Origin: Anaerohalosphaeraceae bacterium
GTDB lineage: Bacteria; Planctomycetota; Phycisphaerae; Sedimentisphaerales; Anaerohalosphaeraceae
Assembly: GCA_050309605.1 (NCBI GenBank)
Contig: JBNRMN010000008.1
Coordinates: 1 to 44,148 of the forward strand
Length of the DNA stretch: 44,148 nucleotides
Direction of reading: 5' to 3'
In this document: in pieces, positions 7,851-17,400 of the stretch
Layout: each line of letters starts with the position of its first letter
Numbering within the stretch: position 1 is the stretch's first letter
Notes under the pieces: model-generated
The model's input: only the letters and a program-made list of their open reading frames with translations
Told to the model about the DNA's origin: nothing
Databases searched by the model: none
Position numbers and translations under genes: made by a program

Positions 7851-9524
7851 ATGGCTTATGTCATAGGAATGGATTACGGAACCAACTCGGTTCGCTGTCT
7901 GGTCGTGAACGCTCAGAACGGACGCGAAATCGGGACGTCGGTGTTTGAGTATCCCAGCGGTCAGGCGGGTATTTTGCTGGATAAGAACGACCATAACGTG
8001 GCGCGTCAAAATCCGGCTGACTACCTGAAGGGCCTGGAAGTGACGGTGCAGGAAGCGACCCGACAGGCACAGAAAACGGACACGAAATTTTCACCCGATC
8101 AGGTCGTGGGCATCGGCGTGGACACCACCGGCTCGACGCCGATACCGGTGGACGCCGAGGGCGTGCCGCTGGCAATGAAGCCCGAATTCAAAAAGAACCT
8201 GAACGCCTGCGTGTGGCTCTGGAAGGATCATACCGGCTATGCCGAAGCGGCCACAATCACCGAGCGGGCGGCCGAGATGCGGCCTGAGTTTCTGGCCAAG
8301 TGCGGCGGGACCTATTCGTCAGAGTGGTTTTTCAGCAAGATTTGGCACTGCCTGAACGCCGACAAAAAGGTGTTTGGAGCGGCCTATACGTGGGTGGAAC
8401 ATGCCGACTGGATACCGGCGGTGCTGACCGGGACCGATCATCCGGACCACCTGAAGCGGTGCCGCTGTGCGGCCGGCCACAAGGCGATGTTCAGTGAGCA
8501 GTGGGGCGGCTATCCGGACAGAGAATTTCTGACCGCGCTGGATCCGCGCCTCGGACGGGTGCGCGACACACTGCCCGATGCCACATACACGGTGGATACC
8601 GCGGTGGGAGGATTGACGGCTGCGTGGGCCAAAAAGCTGGGACTTGCCGAAGGCATTCCCGTCGCGGCCGGGGCGTTTGACGCGCATTTGGGTGCGGTCG
8701 GCGCCGGCATCGGCAAAGGGACGCTGGTCAAGATCATCGGCACGAGCACCTGCGATATGGTGGTCTGGCCGAATACTGACGATGTGCCCGACATTCCCGG
8801 TATCTGCGGGATCGTCGATGGCTCAGTTCTGCCGGGCTTCTGGGGACTGGAAGCGGGGCAATCGGCGGTCGGCGACATCTTTAACTGGTTTGTCAATTCG
8901 ATTCAGCCGGGCGGCAAAGACGCCGGTTCGCATACGCAACTGACCAAACAGGCCGCCAAACTCAAGCCCGGCCAATCGGGCTTGCTGGCGATGGACTGGA
9001 ACAACGGCAACCGCACGATCCTGGTCGATCAGCGGCTGACCGGACTGCTGCTCGGCCAGACGCTGCACACCCGGCCGGAAGAAATTTATCGGGCCTTGAT
9101 TGAGGCGACCGCTTTCGGAGCACTGACCATCATCAATCGGTTTGAGGAATACGGCGTCAAGATTCGGCAAATCGTCAACTGCGGCGGCATTGCCGAAAAG
9201 AACCCGATGCTGATGCAGATCTATGCCGATGTTACCGGACGTGAAATGAAGGTGTCCCGCTCGGCGCAGACCTGTGCCCTCGGCTCGGCGATTGCCGCGG
9301 CGGTGGTGGCCGGCCAGTACAAGACTTTTGCCGCCGCCCAGAAGGCTATGTGCGGCCTGAAACCTAAAACCTATAAGCCCGACCCCAGGGCCAAAAAGGT
9401 CTATCAGCAGCTTTACACACTGTACAAAAAACTGCACGACAGCTTCGGCGTCAAAGGACACGGCGAGGACTTGTCCGGCGTGATGAAAGACCTGCTGGCG
9501 ATCAAGGAAAAGGCGAATGCATGA
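7851..9524 (+). CDS. araB: L-ribulokinase
   Basis: IGMDYGTNSVR, GIGVDTTGSTP, LWKDHT, YSSEWF, AGHKAM, GLEAGQSAVGD, DWNNGNRT; overlaps the araD start. Confidence 0.93.
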   Translation: MAYVIGMDYGTNSVRCLVVNAQNGREIGTSVFEYPSGQAGILLDKNDHNVARQNPADYLKGLEVTVQEATRQAQKTDTKFSPDQVVGIGVDTTGSTPIPVDAEGVPLAMKPEFKKNLNACVWLWKDHTGYAEAATITERAAEMRPEFLAKCGGTYSSEWFFSKIWHCLNADKKVFGAAYTWVEHADWIPAVLTGTDHPDHLKRCRCAAGHKAMFSEQWGGYPDREFLTALDPRLGRVRDTLPDATYTVDTAVGGLTAAWAKKLGLAEGIPVAAGAFDAHLGAVGAGIGKGTLVKIIGTSTCDMVVWPNTDDVPDIPGICGIVDGSVLPGFWGLEAGQSAVGDIFNWFVNSIQPGGKDAGSHTQLTKQAAKLKPGQSGLLAMDWNNGNRTILVDQRLTGLLLGQTLHTRPEEIYRALIEATAFGALTIINRFEEYGVKIRQIVNCGGIAEKNPMLMQIYADVTGREMKVSRSAQTCALGSAIAAAVVAGQYKTFAAAQKAMCGLKPKTYKPDPRAKKVYQQLYTLYKKLHDSFGVKGHGEDLSGVMKDLLAIKEKANA

Positions 9525-10206
9525 CGTTTTGAAAAAGCAGGTGTGCCTGGCCAATCTGGCTTTGGTCGAACATCATCTGGTGGTCTTTACGTGGGGCAAT
9601 GTCAGTGCGATTGACCGCGCCAGCGGGGTCGTGGCGATTAAACCCAGCGGGGTGGAATACGATGCCCTGACACCGGATAAAATCGTCTTGCTGGATCTGG
9701 ACGGCAAGGTGCTCGAAGGCGATTTGAGACCGTCGTCCGATACGCCGACGCATCTGGAACTGTACCGCCGCTGGCCGAAGGTCGGCGGGATTTGCCATAC
9801 GCATTCACGATATGCCACGATGTGGGCGCAGGCCTGTCGGGAAATCCCCTGTCTGGGCACGACGCACGCCGATCATTTTTACGGCCCCGTGCCGGTCACC
9901 GACGCGATGAGCAAAGAGGAGATCGCAGCCGACTATGAGCTGAACACCGGCAAGGTGATCGTGCGGCGTTTTGCTCAGACCGATCCGATGCAGGTCCCGG
10001 CGGTGCTCGTGGCCAATCACGGGCCGTTTACGTGGGGCAATGACGCGGCTTTGGCGGTCATGAACGCGGTCGTCCTGGAAGAAGTCGCTCAAATGGCTCA
10101 AGGCGCCTTGACGCTGAATCCGCAGCAGCCGCCCATTTCGCAGACGCTTTTAGATAAGCACTACCTGCGAAAACACGGCAAAGACGCCTATTACGGCCAA
10201 AAATAA
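9517..10206 (+). CDS. araD: L-ribulose-5-phosphate 4-epimerase
   Basis: FTWGNVS, IKPSGVEY, PSSDTPTH, HTHS, TTHADHFYG, LLDKHYLRKHGKDAYYGQ. Confidence 0.95.
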   Translation: MHDVLKKQVCLANLALVEHHLVVFTWGNVSAIDRASGVVAIKPSGVEYDALTPDKIVLLDLDGKVLEGDLRPSSDTPTHLELYRRWPKVGGICHTHSRYATMWAQACREIPCLGTTHADHFYGPVPVTDAMSKEEIAADYELNTGKVIVRRFAQTDPMQVPAVLVANHGPFTWGNDAALAVMNAVVLEEVAQMAQGALTLNPQQPPISQTLLDKHYLRKHGKDAYYGQK

Positions 10207-10224
10207 TTGAGCGCCGCGCGGACA

Positions 10225-11271
10225 TTACGGTCGTCCGTCCCACAGATACATCACCTGCGGGATGAGCAGTTTTTCAAGTTCGGTGCTGATGTGCAGCCGG
10301 GTGTCGTTTTGGGCGGCCAGCAGTGACCACAGGGAGAATTTTTCACGGTATTCCACGACCATCGGGTTGATCAGGCCGGCCATGTCGGCCAGCGTTTCGA
10401 CCGCCTGTTCAAAGTAGCCGATGTGGTCGATTAAATGGCAGGTCAGGGCGTCGGGTGCGGTAAAGATGCCGCCGTCGGCCAGTTCACGCACCTGCGCTTC
10501 GGTGAGTTTGTCGCGTCGGCCTTCGCGGACCAACTGTACAAATCGCTCATAAGCCGGCTGGATGATCCGCTCGTCCAGATAGTGCCGCTGTTCGTCGGTC
10601 GTTTCGCTGAACAAGCTGGGCCAGTCTTTGCGCCGACCGCTTTTGATTATGACAGGGTTGATGCCCAGTTTTTCTTCCAGCAGGTCTTTGATGACCAGAT
10701 GGTTCATAATCACGCCGATGGAACCGGTAATGGCGGTCGGTTCGGCCATAAGGGTGTCGCAGGCCACGGCCGAATAATACCCCCCCGAAGCGGCCACCGA
10801 CTGCATAAACGCCAGGGTCGGATTGCCGGTGCGTTCTTTGTATCGGCTCAGAGCGTAATGAATCTGGTCGCTGGCCGCGACGCCGCCGCCGGGGCTGTTG
10901 ATGCAGATGATCAGGCCGCGTACCATCGGGTCTTTCTCGGCGGTTTTGATCTGGGTTTGCAGCCAGTCGCTCATCCGGCCGTCGATGATGCCGTCGATGC
11001 GAATGGCGGCGATTTTTTCGTGGCGGTTACCCACGACCAGCGTGGATTCGATGACCGTATCGCTCAGTGCAGTCGGCGTCATCACCGTGGCCATTGCGAT
11101 GACCGCCAGAAGCAGAAATAGATTGGTCAGAAGCGACAGCACAAACAGCACCGTCGTAAATAGCCGCCATAGGCTGAATTTTTTCCGCTTGCGCGGCGGC
11201 TCATCGTACGGACGGCGATAGGGCGGCGCGTCGGCTCGGGTGGTATAATCCGTAGGGTCATAATCCATCAT
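10225..11271 (-). CDS. sppA: Signal peptide peptidase (S49 family)
   Basis: N-terminal TM helix; INSPGG, AASGGYY, TGSIGV, KSGRRKD. Confidence 0.9.
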   Translation of the reverse strand: MMDYDPTDYTTRADAPPYRRPYDEPPRKRKKFSLWRLFTTVLFVLSLLTNLFLLLAVIAMATVMTPTALSDTVIESTLVVGNRHEKIAAIRIDGIIDGRMSDWLQTQIKTAEKDPMVRGLIICINSPGGGVAASDQIHYALSRYKERTGNPTLAFMQSVAASGGYYSAVACDTLMAEPTAITGSIGVIMNHLVIKDLLEEKLGINPVIIKSGRRKDWPSLFSETTDEQRHYLDERIIQPAYERFVQLVREGRRDKLTEAQVRELADGGIFTAPDALTCHLIDHIGYFEQAVETLADMAGLINPMVVEYREKFSLWSLLAAQNDTRLHISTELEKLLIPQVMYLWDGRP

Positions 11272-11358
11272 AAGATCCCTTCAGTTGATAAGGTAAATTG
11301 TATGTTGTATATTGGGCATAACATGCCTTGTTTCTGCAATGATCAAGGACTGGTTCAA

Positions 11359-11388
11359 ATTATACCGGTTTTGCGATTGGCCTGTCAA
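11359..11388 (-). promoter_or_regulatory. Consensus sigma70 promoter for sppA
   Basis: Minus strand TTGACA-N18-TATAAT. Confidence 0.7.
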
Positions 11389-11396
11389 CACCGGAC

Positions 11397-11424
11397 TTGA
11401 CAGACGACGGCAAATCGACATAAT
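11397..11424 (+). promoter_or_regulatory. sigma70 promoter for the lpxL-like gene, back-to-back with the sppA promoter
   Basis: TTGACA-N16-CATAAT. Confidence 0.55.
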
Positions 11425-11463
11425 ATCGCGATTTCCGATAGCCTTCTGTAAAGACGCATAGCG

Positions 11464-12420
11464 ATGGTATCTGTTTTCCAAAAACCCAAAAAAAAGAAAA
11501 AACAGCGCAACGCCGCACGGGATTGGCTTGCCTATGCCGCGATGCGCACCGCGCTGTTTGTGATGTGGCTGTTTCCGGTGAGCTGGAACCTGAAGACCGG
11601 ACGCCTGCTGGGCAGTCTGATGTGGCGTTATTACCACCGCGGCCGGCGGCGGGCGATGGAAAACCTGCGCGCCAGCTTTCCCGATAAAGACCCGGCCTGG
11701 ATTGAGCGGGTCGGGCGGCGGTCGTTTCAGCAGATTGCAATGCTGGCAATTGACATCTTTTTTACCCCGCGGATCGTCCATAAGGACAACTGGCGTGATT
11801 ACTGCGCCCCGCGCAACATCGAGCGCATCAAATGGCTGATGCAGGAGCAGCGCGGACTGATTTTGCTCACGGCTCACTACGGCAATTTCGAGATCGTCGG
11901 GTATATGATGGGGCTGTTCGGTTTTAATATCTACAGCATCGCCCGGCCGCTGGACAACCCCTATATCAATCGCTATCTGTACGGCATCCGCCGACGCAAG
12001 GGACAGAAAATCATCGACAAAAAGGGCGCCACCGAACAGATCGAGCAAATCGTCTCGGAAGGGGCGACGCTGGGCTTTATCGCCGATCAGGATGCCGGGC
12101 GAAAGGGCGTGTTCGTGGATTTCTTCGGCCGCAAGGCCAGTACCTACAAAAGCATCGGGCTGCTGGCGATGCAGTACAAGCTGCCCATCGGCATCGGGTG
12201 CAGCCGTCGAGTGGGGGACCGGTTCTTTTTCGAGATCGAATGCACCCGGCTCATTCTGCCGGAAGAATGGGCCGACAAACCCGACCCGCTGGCCTGGATC
12301 ACTCAGCAGTACACCAAAGCCGTCGAAGACTTCATCCGTCAGGACCCGACGCAATACTGGTGGCTCCACCGTCGCTGGAAGAGCCGTCCCAAAGAAGAAC
12401 GCCGAAGGCAAACGGAATAA
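11464..12420 (+). CDS. lpxL: Lipid A biosynthesis late acyltransferase (LpxL/HtrB family)
   Basis: TAHYGNFE (HxxxxE), RPLDNP, ADQD, VDFFG, PTQYWWLHRRWK. Confidence 0.85.
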   Translation: MVSVFQKPKKKKKQRNAARDWLAYAAMRTALFVMWLFPVSWNLKTGRLLGSLMWRYYHRGRRRAMENLRASFPDKDPAWIERVGRRSFQQIAMLAIDIFFTPRIVHKDNWRDYCAPRNIERIKWLMQEQRGLILLTAHYGNFEIVGYMMGLFGFNIYSIARPLDNPYINRYLYGIRRRKGQKIIDKKGATEQIEQIVSEGATLGFIADQDAGRKGVFVDFFGRKASTYKSIGLLAMQYKLPIGIGCSRRVGDRFFFEIECTRLILPEEWADKPDPLAWITQQYTKAVEDFIRQDPTQYWWLHRRWKSRPKEERRRQTE

Positions 12421-12445
12421 TCATCGAAGTTGGGCGCCAGAAGGT

Positions 12446-12475
12446 AAAAAAAGCCCGTATGGAGCATACGGGCTT
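12446..12475 (-). terminator. Intrinsic terminator of the DUF1015-aminotransferase operon, possibly bidirectional
   Basis: Perfect 11-bp arms AAGCCCGTATG-gag-CATACGGGCTT with an A-tract on the left (U-tract on the minus strand). Confidence 0.8.
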
Positions 12476-12501
12476 GATACAATCAGAGGGGCAATTCTGT
12501 T

Positions 12502-13593
12502 TTAATTGATTTCGTCTTCGATCCAGCCGAGCAGTTCCCGCAGATCGGTGATCTGCGTGTCGCCCATATGGGCGATGCGGAAGGTGAGGTCTTTGAGCTT
12601 GCCGTAGCCGTTGCCGAAGACGGTGTTGTGCTTTTCGCGCAGGGCCTTGTTGACTGCGGCGATGTCGATGTTGCGGGTGTTTTTGAACGTCGTCAGTGTA
12701 TTCGAGGCGTACCGCTCGTCGGGAAAGACTTCAAAGCCCTGATGCTTACCCCAGTTGCGGACAAAATCGGCCATCTTTTTGTGCCGTTCCCAGAGGTTTT
12801 CCATGCCCTCTTCAAGGAAGCGGGTGCACTGGTAATGCAGCGCCATAATATGCGGAATCGACGGCGTCGTCGGCGTCTGATCCTTGGCCTCGGTCTTGGC
12901 AAATTCCTGAAAATCAAAGTAATACCCGCGTTCCGGCACGGTTTTGCTCTTTTCCAGTGCCCGGTTACTCACGGCCGCAACGGCAAATCCCGGCGGAATG
13001 GAGAAGGCCTTCTGGACCGAGGCAAACGCCACATCCCAGCCCAGATCGTCAAAATGAAGCGGCAGACCGACCATCCCGCTGACTGAATCGACGAACACGA
13101 GCACATCAGGATATTTTTCCTTCATCAGTTTGCTGATTTCATAGACCGGATTGGTCAGGCCGGTGCTGGTCTCATTGTGCACCAGGGTCAAAATCGGATA
13201 TTTGCCGGTGGACATTTTTTCGTCGATCAGCTCCGGGGTAATGGCCTGTCCCCATTCGACCTTCAGTTCTTCAACCTGACGGCCGCAGGCGCGGGCCACG
13301 GCGGCAAACTTGTCGCTGAACGCACCGCACATCGTGCACAGCACCACTTCGTCTTTTTGGACGCAGTTGCGGATACAGGCTTCCCAGATACCGGAGGCCG
13401 ATGAGGTGCTCAGGAAGACATGCTGCTCGGTGAAAAGCATCTGTTTGAGCATGCCGACCACTTCGCCGTGAAGCTGAGAGTAGTCTTTCAGTCGATGGCC
13501 CAGTGTCGGTCGAGCCAGTTGCTGCAACACTTCCGGCAGGACATGCACCGGGCCGGGGATAAACAGTTTCGGCGGATTTCTCCAGTCAATCAT
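12502..13593 (-). CDS. Class V PLP aminotransferase (alanine-glyoxylate/serine-pyruvate/phosphoserine aminotransferase family)
   Basis: LFIPGP, VHNETSTG, VDSVS, ASVQKAFSIPPG (PLP Lys), QTPTTP, FRIAHMG; ATG 13593 overlaps the upstream stop (ATGA) and has an AGGAG RBS. Confidence 0.88.
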   Translation of the reverse strand: MIDWRNPPKLFIPGPVHVLPEVLQQLARPTLGHRLKDYSQLHGEVVGMLKQMLFTEQHVFLSTSSASGIWEACIRNCVQKDEVVLCTMCGAFSDKFAAVARACGRQVEELKVEWGQAITPELIDEKMSTGKYPILTLVHNETSTGLTNPVYEISKLMKEKYPDVLVFVDSVSGMVGLPLHFDDLGWDVAFASVQKAFSIPPGFAVAAVSNRALEKSKTVPERGYYFDFQEFAKTEAKDQTPTTPSIPHIMALHYQCTRFLEEGMENLWERHKKMADFVRNWGKHQGFEVFPDERYASNTLTTFKNTRNIDIAAVNKALREKHNTVFGNGYGKLKDLTFRIAHMGDTQITDLRELLGWIEDEIN

Positions 13594-14957
13594 TGCGAAC
13601 ACTCCTGAAAATGGGGGTTAACGAATTTCGGTTGAATCGGGTCAATCGGCAGTACATTGACGGCGACGCCGGAAAACAGCTTGGGATAGAAGAACGTGGA
13701 TTTTTGCGGCATCTTCTCGCCGACCGCGGCAATGTCCTGGACCTGTTCAATGCGGGTGGGGTTGACGAAAAAGACCGCCTCGGCCCGACCCGCGTCGATG
13801 CGGTCAATACAGCGGTCAATGGCGTTGCCCAGATCTTTGATATAGTCCAGATGGCTTTGTGCGGCCAGCTTTGCCTCGCAGATACCCAGGTGTTTTTCAA
13901 GAATCAGCCAATGCAGTACGTTGACATCCAGGCTGCGTGCGGCGTAACCGGCGTTTTCAGCGGCCTTTTGCATTGCCTCGGCGTTGCTGAGAAGAAGGGT
14001 ATAAAACACCTTGCCGCCGGCATACAACCCGAAGATATTGCGGGCGTTTTGGCCCTGGCGAGTCATTTGCTCGAACATGGCCTGGCGAGCGGACCATTTT
14101 TCCTGTTGTGATGCAAACGGGTAGGAGTCAATCTTGAAATCCGATTGCAGCTTGTCAATGAGCGATTTCTCATCAAAATCGGGCATATTGACGATCATTC
14201 GGTGGGTCGGCTGAATGACCAGGCCGGGATTGCGTGTATTGATAAAGGTCATCATCAGATACTGCGCTTCGTCGCGGCCCGTCTCGGCCCAGTAATTCAG
14301 CGCCGTTTCATAGCGGTGATGTCCGTCGGCGATGATGGTGGTCTTGTCTTGCATCATTGCCGTAAACTGATCCAGGGTGGCCGGGTCACTGATGCGATAG
14401 ATACGATGGCGCACTTGTTCGGCGTCCAGGAAGTCCAGCACGGGATCGGACGGGGCGACGCCCTCAAAAATCTTGCGGTCGGTATTGGCCGGGTCGTCGT
14501 ACAGCATAAAAATCTGACCGAACTGAGCGGCGGTGGCCCGCGTTAGATTCAATCGATCGGCTTTGGGGCCTTCAAGGGTCTTTTCGTGTGCCCGCACGCC
14601 CTTGCCGAACGGCTCAATCTGCCCCAGGGCGATGATGCCGCTGCGCTGATACGGTTGCTCGCCGATCTGAAAATCCTGCACATAAGCATAAATGGACGGG
14701 CTGTCATCCTGAACCAAAGCACCCTTGCTAATGGCTGACTGAAGGTAGTCTCGTGCACGGGTATAGACATTGTTGTCAGGCTGATCGTCGGCTGTAGTCT
14801 TGCCGCGAATGGCCCGCACGATATTAAATGGGTTTTGCCGGTACAACTGATCCTGCAGGGCCTGGTCAATCACATCGTAGGGCGGTGCAACGCAGGCGCC
14901 GGCATCACCCACCACCGCTGAGTTAAATCGATAGGCCTTAAACGGTTTTATATTCAT
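13590..14957 (-). CDS. DUF1015 family protein (ParB/sulfiredoxin-like fold)
   Basis: IKPFKAYR, APPYDVI, HEKT, IADGHHRYETA, MPQKSTFFYPKL. Confidence 0.88.
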   Translation of the reverse strand: MNIKPFKAYRFNSAVVGDAGACVAPPYDVIDQALQDQLYRQNPFNIVRAIRGKTTADDQPDNNVYTRARDYLQSAISKGALVQDDSPSIYAYVQDFQIGEQPYQRSGIIALGQIEPFGKGVRAHEKTLEGPKADRLNLTRATAAQFGQIFMLYDDPANTDRKIFEGVAPSDPVLDFLDAEQVRHRIYRISDPATLDQFTAMMQDKTTIIADGHHRYETALNYWAETGRDEAQYLMMTFINTRNPGLVIQPTHRMIVNMPDFDEKSLIDKLQSDFKIDSYPFASQQEKWSARQAMFEQMTRQGQNARNIFGLYAGGKVFYTLLLSNAEAMQKAAENAGYAARSLDVNVLHWLILEKHLGICEAKLAAQSHLDYIKDLGNAIDRCIDRIDAGRAEAVFFVNPTRIEQVQDIAAVGEKMPQKSTFFYPKLFSGVAVNVLPIDPIQPKFVNPHFQECSQ

Positions 14958-15195
14958 TGTTTACTGCTTTGTTTTGTCCTAAATTAGTTTATTGTTCTGC
15001 CTGTAACAACAAAGTGCCCTTGAGGCACAAACGAAAGTGGTACTATAACAAATATAATGCAGTTTTCAAACAAAATACACAGGATTTTATAAAACCACGA
15101 AACTTGCCCTGTAACTCTTGTATCAAAATCCCTTGAGTGATTTCAGGGATGTGGTAAAATCCGTTTTGTGATGACAATCAATGACAGGAAGCCTT

Positions 15196-15471
15196 ATGAT
15201 GAGTGCCCACGAACGAACCGATTACCAGAACAAGATCATTTCTCGCTATTATGAGAATCTGGATACAATCACGCTGACGAAATTGCAGGAATGGGTTACC
15301 GAGTTGTATCTGGCCGAGACGGAAGCTCAAAAAAATCGACTTTGGCAGCGGGTTGAAAAGGCGATGGCCAAAATCAACGTCAGCCCGTCCATCGCGCGGC
15401 ATATCTTGCAGAAAAAGGACGTTCGTCTGTTGGCCGAGCATCTCAACGACTGGCTTAAAAAGGCCAAATAA
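15196..15471 (+). CDS. Small helical hypothetical protein
   Basis: ORF 15181-15471; AGGA RBS before ATG 15196; upstream TTGAGT-N16-TAAAAT promoter-like sequence. Confidence 0.7.
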   Translation: MMSAHERTDYQNKIISRYYENLDTITLTKLQEWVTELYLAETEAQKNRLWQRVEKAMAKINVSPSIARHILQKKDVRLLAEHLNDWLKKAK

Positions 15472-15531
15472 AACAGAGGCCAGAGACCCGCTGGAGCCGA
15501 TCCCTGACCTCTGACCTCTGAAATCTGACTG
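15466..15531 (-). terminator. Terminator of the GH51 gene, built from CTGACCT-type heptamer repeats
   Basis: Minus-strand 13-bp stem CAGAGGTCAGGGA/TCTCTGGCCTCTG (two G-U) followed by TTTTATTT; heptamers CTGACCT CTGACCT CTGAAAT CTGACTG at 15504-15531. Confidence 0.6.
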
Positions 15532-15538
15532 TCGTCCG

Positions 15539-17098
15539 TTATCGAATTTCCAGCAGCACCACACTCATCGGCGGCAGCGTGGTTTCGAGCGTACCGTCTT
15601 CGATTGAAACGGCCGAAAAGGCGGCCGGTTTGACGGCGTCGGGATGTTCGAATGTATTGTGCGCATTCATCGCCTCGGCGGTCAGCACACGGGCCGATAC
15701 GGTGTTTGCTGTCATGCCGTTGAGGGTGCATTCGAGCGGGGCCTCAGCGTTCGGATCAAGATTGCACAGGGTGATGGTCACCGCGCCGTCTTTGGATTTT
15801 GAGGCCGAGACATTCAGCGACGGCAGTTTTTGTCCGTCGTGCTCATAGGCGCTGCATTTCAATTCGTGCGGCAGCAGGGTTGCATCCTGATGGCCTTTGA
15901 ACATCTCAAAAACGTGATACGTCGGCGTCAGGAACATCTCCTTGCCGCGGGTGTGTACCATCGCCTGAAGGACGTTGACGGTTTGGGCGATATTGGCCAT
16001 CCGCACCCGCTCACAGTGCTGGTTGAACGTGTTCAGGAAAATACCCGCCGACAGGGCGTCGCGCATCGTGTTCTGATGTACCAGAAAGCCCGGATTGCTG
16101 CCCGGCGCCGGATTCCACCATGTGCCCCATTCGTCAAAGAACAGGCCGATGCGTTTGCGCGGGTCGTGTTGATCCATCACTTCAATGTGGCGACGGAGCA
16201 GTTCATCGCAATCGAGCGTTTTCTTCATCAGAGCAAACCATTGCGCTTCACTGAAATGAACGGCGTCGCCCTTGTCGCCCCACGTGCCGGTAAAGACGTA
16301 ATAATGCAGGCTGATGGCGTCCATACGGCCGGCGGCCCGGCTGAGCACGACATCCATCCAGTGGGTATTCCAGTCGCTCGGCCCGCAGGCGATCTTGACG
16401 ATGCGATTGCCCGAATAGCTGCGGACGTAGGTTTGATACCGTTTGTACAAGTCGGCGTAGTATTCCGGCGTCATGTGGCCGCCGCAGCCCCAGTTCTCGT
16501 TGCCCACACCGAAAAAGCGGACTCGCCAGGGTTTGTCGCGGCCGTTTGTACGGCGCAGATTGGCCATCTCACTGTCGCCGTCAAAGGTCATATATTCGAC
16601 CCAGTCCTGCATATCTTTGATACTGCCGGAGCCGACGTTCCCGGCGACGTAGGCCTCTGCGCCGATCAGCTCGCACAAGTCGAGAAACTCGTGTGTGCCG
16701 AAAGAGTTGTCCTCCACGACCATGCCCCAATGGGTGTTGACCATTTTGGGGCGCTGATCTCGCGGGCCGATGCCGTCTTTCCAGTGGTACTCATCGGCAA
16801 AGCATCCGCCCGGCCAGCGCAGCACGGGGATATTCAGCGCTTTGAGTGCCTCGACGATGTCTTTGCGGTAGCCGCGGATATTGGGAATATCTGAATTTTC
16901 GCCAACCCAGATACCGTCATAGATGCATCGGCCCAGATGCTCGGCAAAGTGCCCGTAAATCTCCGGTGCGATCGTCAGTTCTCCCCGGTCGGCGTGAATG
17001 AGCAGGGTGTTGACCCCGCTGTTTTCCTGAATGGTGGTTGCAGCCCAGGTCGGCAGACCGAGCGCAAACAGGCTCAGCAGTAAGCAGCGTGCATTCAT
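15539..17098 (-). CDS. abfA: Secreted alpha-L-arabinofuranosidase (GH51)
   Basis: IYGHFAEHLG, LRWPGGCFADEYHW, GNENWGCGG (acid/base Glu), FDEWGTW (nucleophile), MANIAQTVNVLQ; signal peptide; start 17098 with AAGGAG RBS. Confidence 0.92.
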   Translation of the reverse strand: MNARCLLLSLFALGLPTWAATTIQENSGVNTLLIHADRGELTIAPEIYGHFAEHLGRCIYDGIWVGENSDIPNIRGYRKDIVEALKALNIPVLRWPGGCFADEYHWKDGIGPRDQRPKMVNTHWGMVVEDNSFGTHEFLDLCELIGAEAYVAGNVGSGSIKDMQDWVEYMTFDGDSEMANLRRTNGRDKPWRVRFFGVGNENWGCGGHMTPEYYADLYKRYQTYVRSYSGNRIVKIACGPSDWNTHWMDVVLSRAAGRMDAISLHYYVFTGTWGDKGDAVHFSEAQWFALMKKTLDCDELLRRHIEVMDQHDPRKRIGLFFDEWGTWWNPAPGSNPGFLVHQNTMRDALSAGIFLNTFNQHCERVRMANIAQTVNVLQAMVHTRGKEMFLTPTYHVFEMFKGHQDATLLPHELKCSAYEHDGQKLPSLNVSASKSKDGAVTITLCNLDPNAEAPLECTLNGMTANTVSARVLTAEAMNAHNTFEHPDAVKPAAFSAVSIEDGTLETTLPPMSVVLLEIR

Positions 17099-17148
17099 TG
17101 TGGGTCTCCTTAAATCGTTTGCATTTCTTGTTTTGTTTACCATACCAC

Positions 17149-17177
17149 ACTGTATCGGGCAATGTGCGGATTGTCAA
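17149..17177 (-). promoter_or_regulatory. sigma70 promoter for the GH51 gene
   Basis: Minus strand TTGACA-N17-TACAGT. Confidence 0.6.
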
Positions 17178-17400
17178 ACGAAAAAGGTCGAAATTGGTAA
17201 TTCATTTTCCAAATTACGAATAGTGAATCTGAGAAATATCGTTCCCGCAACACAAAATTCTCCAAGAAGTGCTTTTGCGGGGCGTTGTTTTTGCCGAAAT
17301 AGGGGGTGTAAAACCGGATCGGGGCGGTGCAGCGACCTTTGCACCGACGCCGGCGGCCGGTGAAGAAACGGCATGACAGTTTAAGACGGAGACACAAGCC

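Noticed and set aside
5105..9554. Long minus-strand ORFs opposite galM/SSS/araB, and similar shadows elsewhere (e.g. 15830-16894, 42036-42950)
   Set aside because: Expected stop-poor antisense frames in GC-rich coding DNA; they overlap well-supported genes
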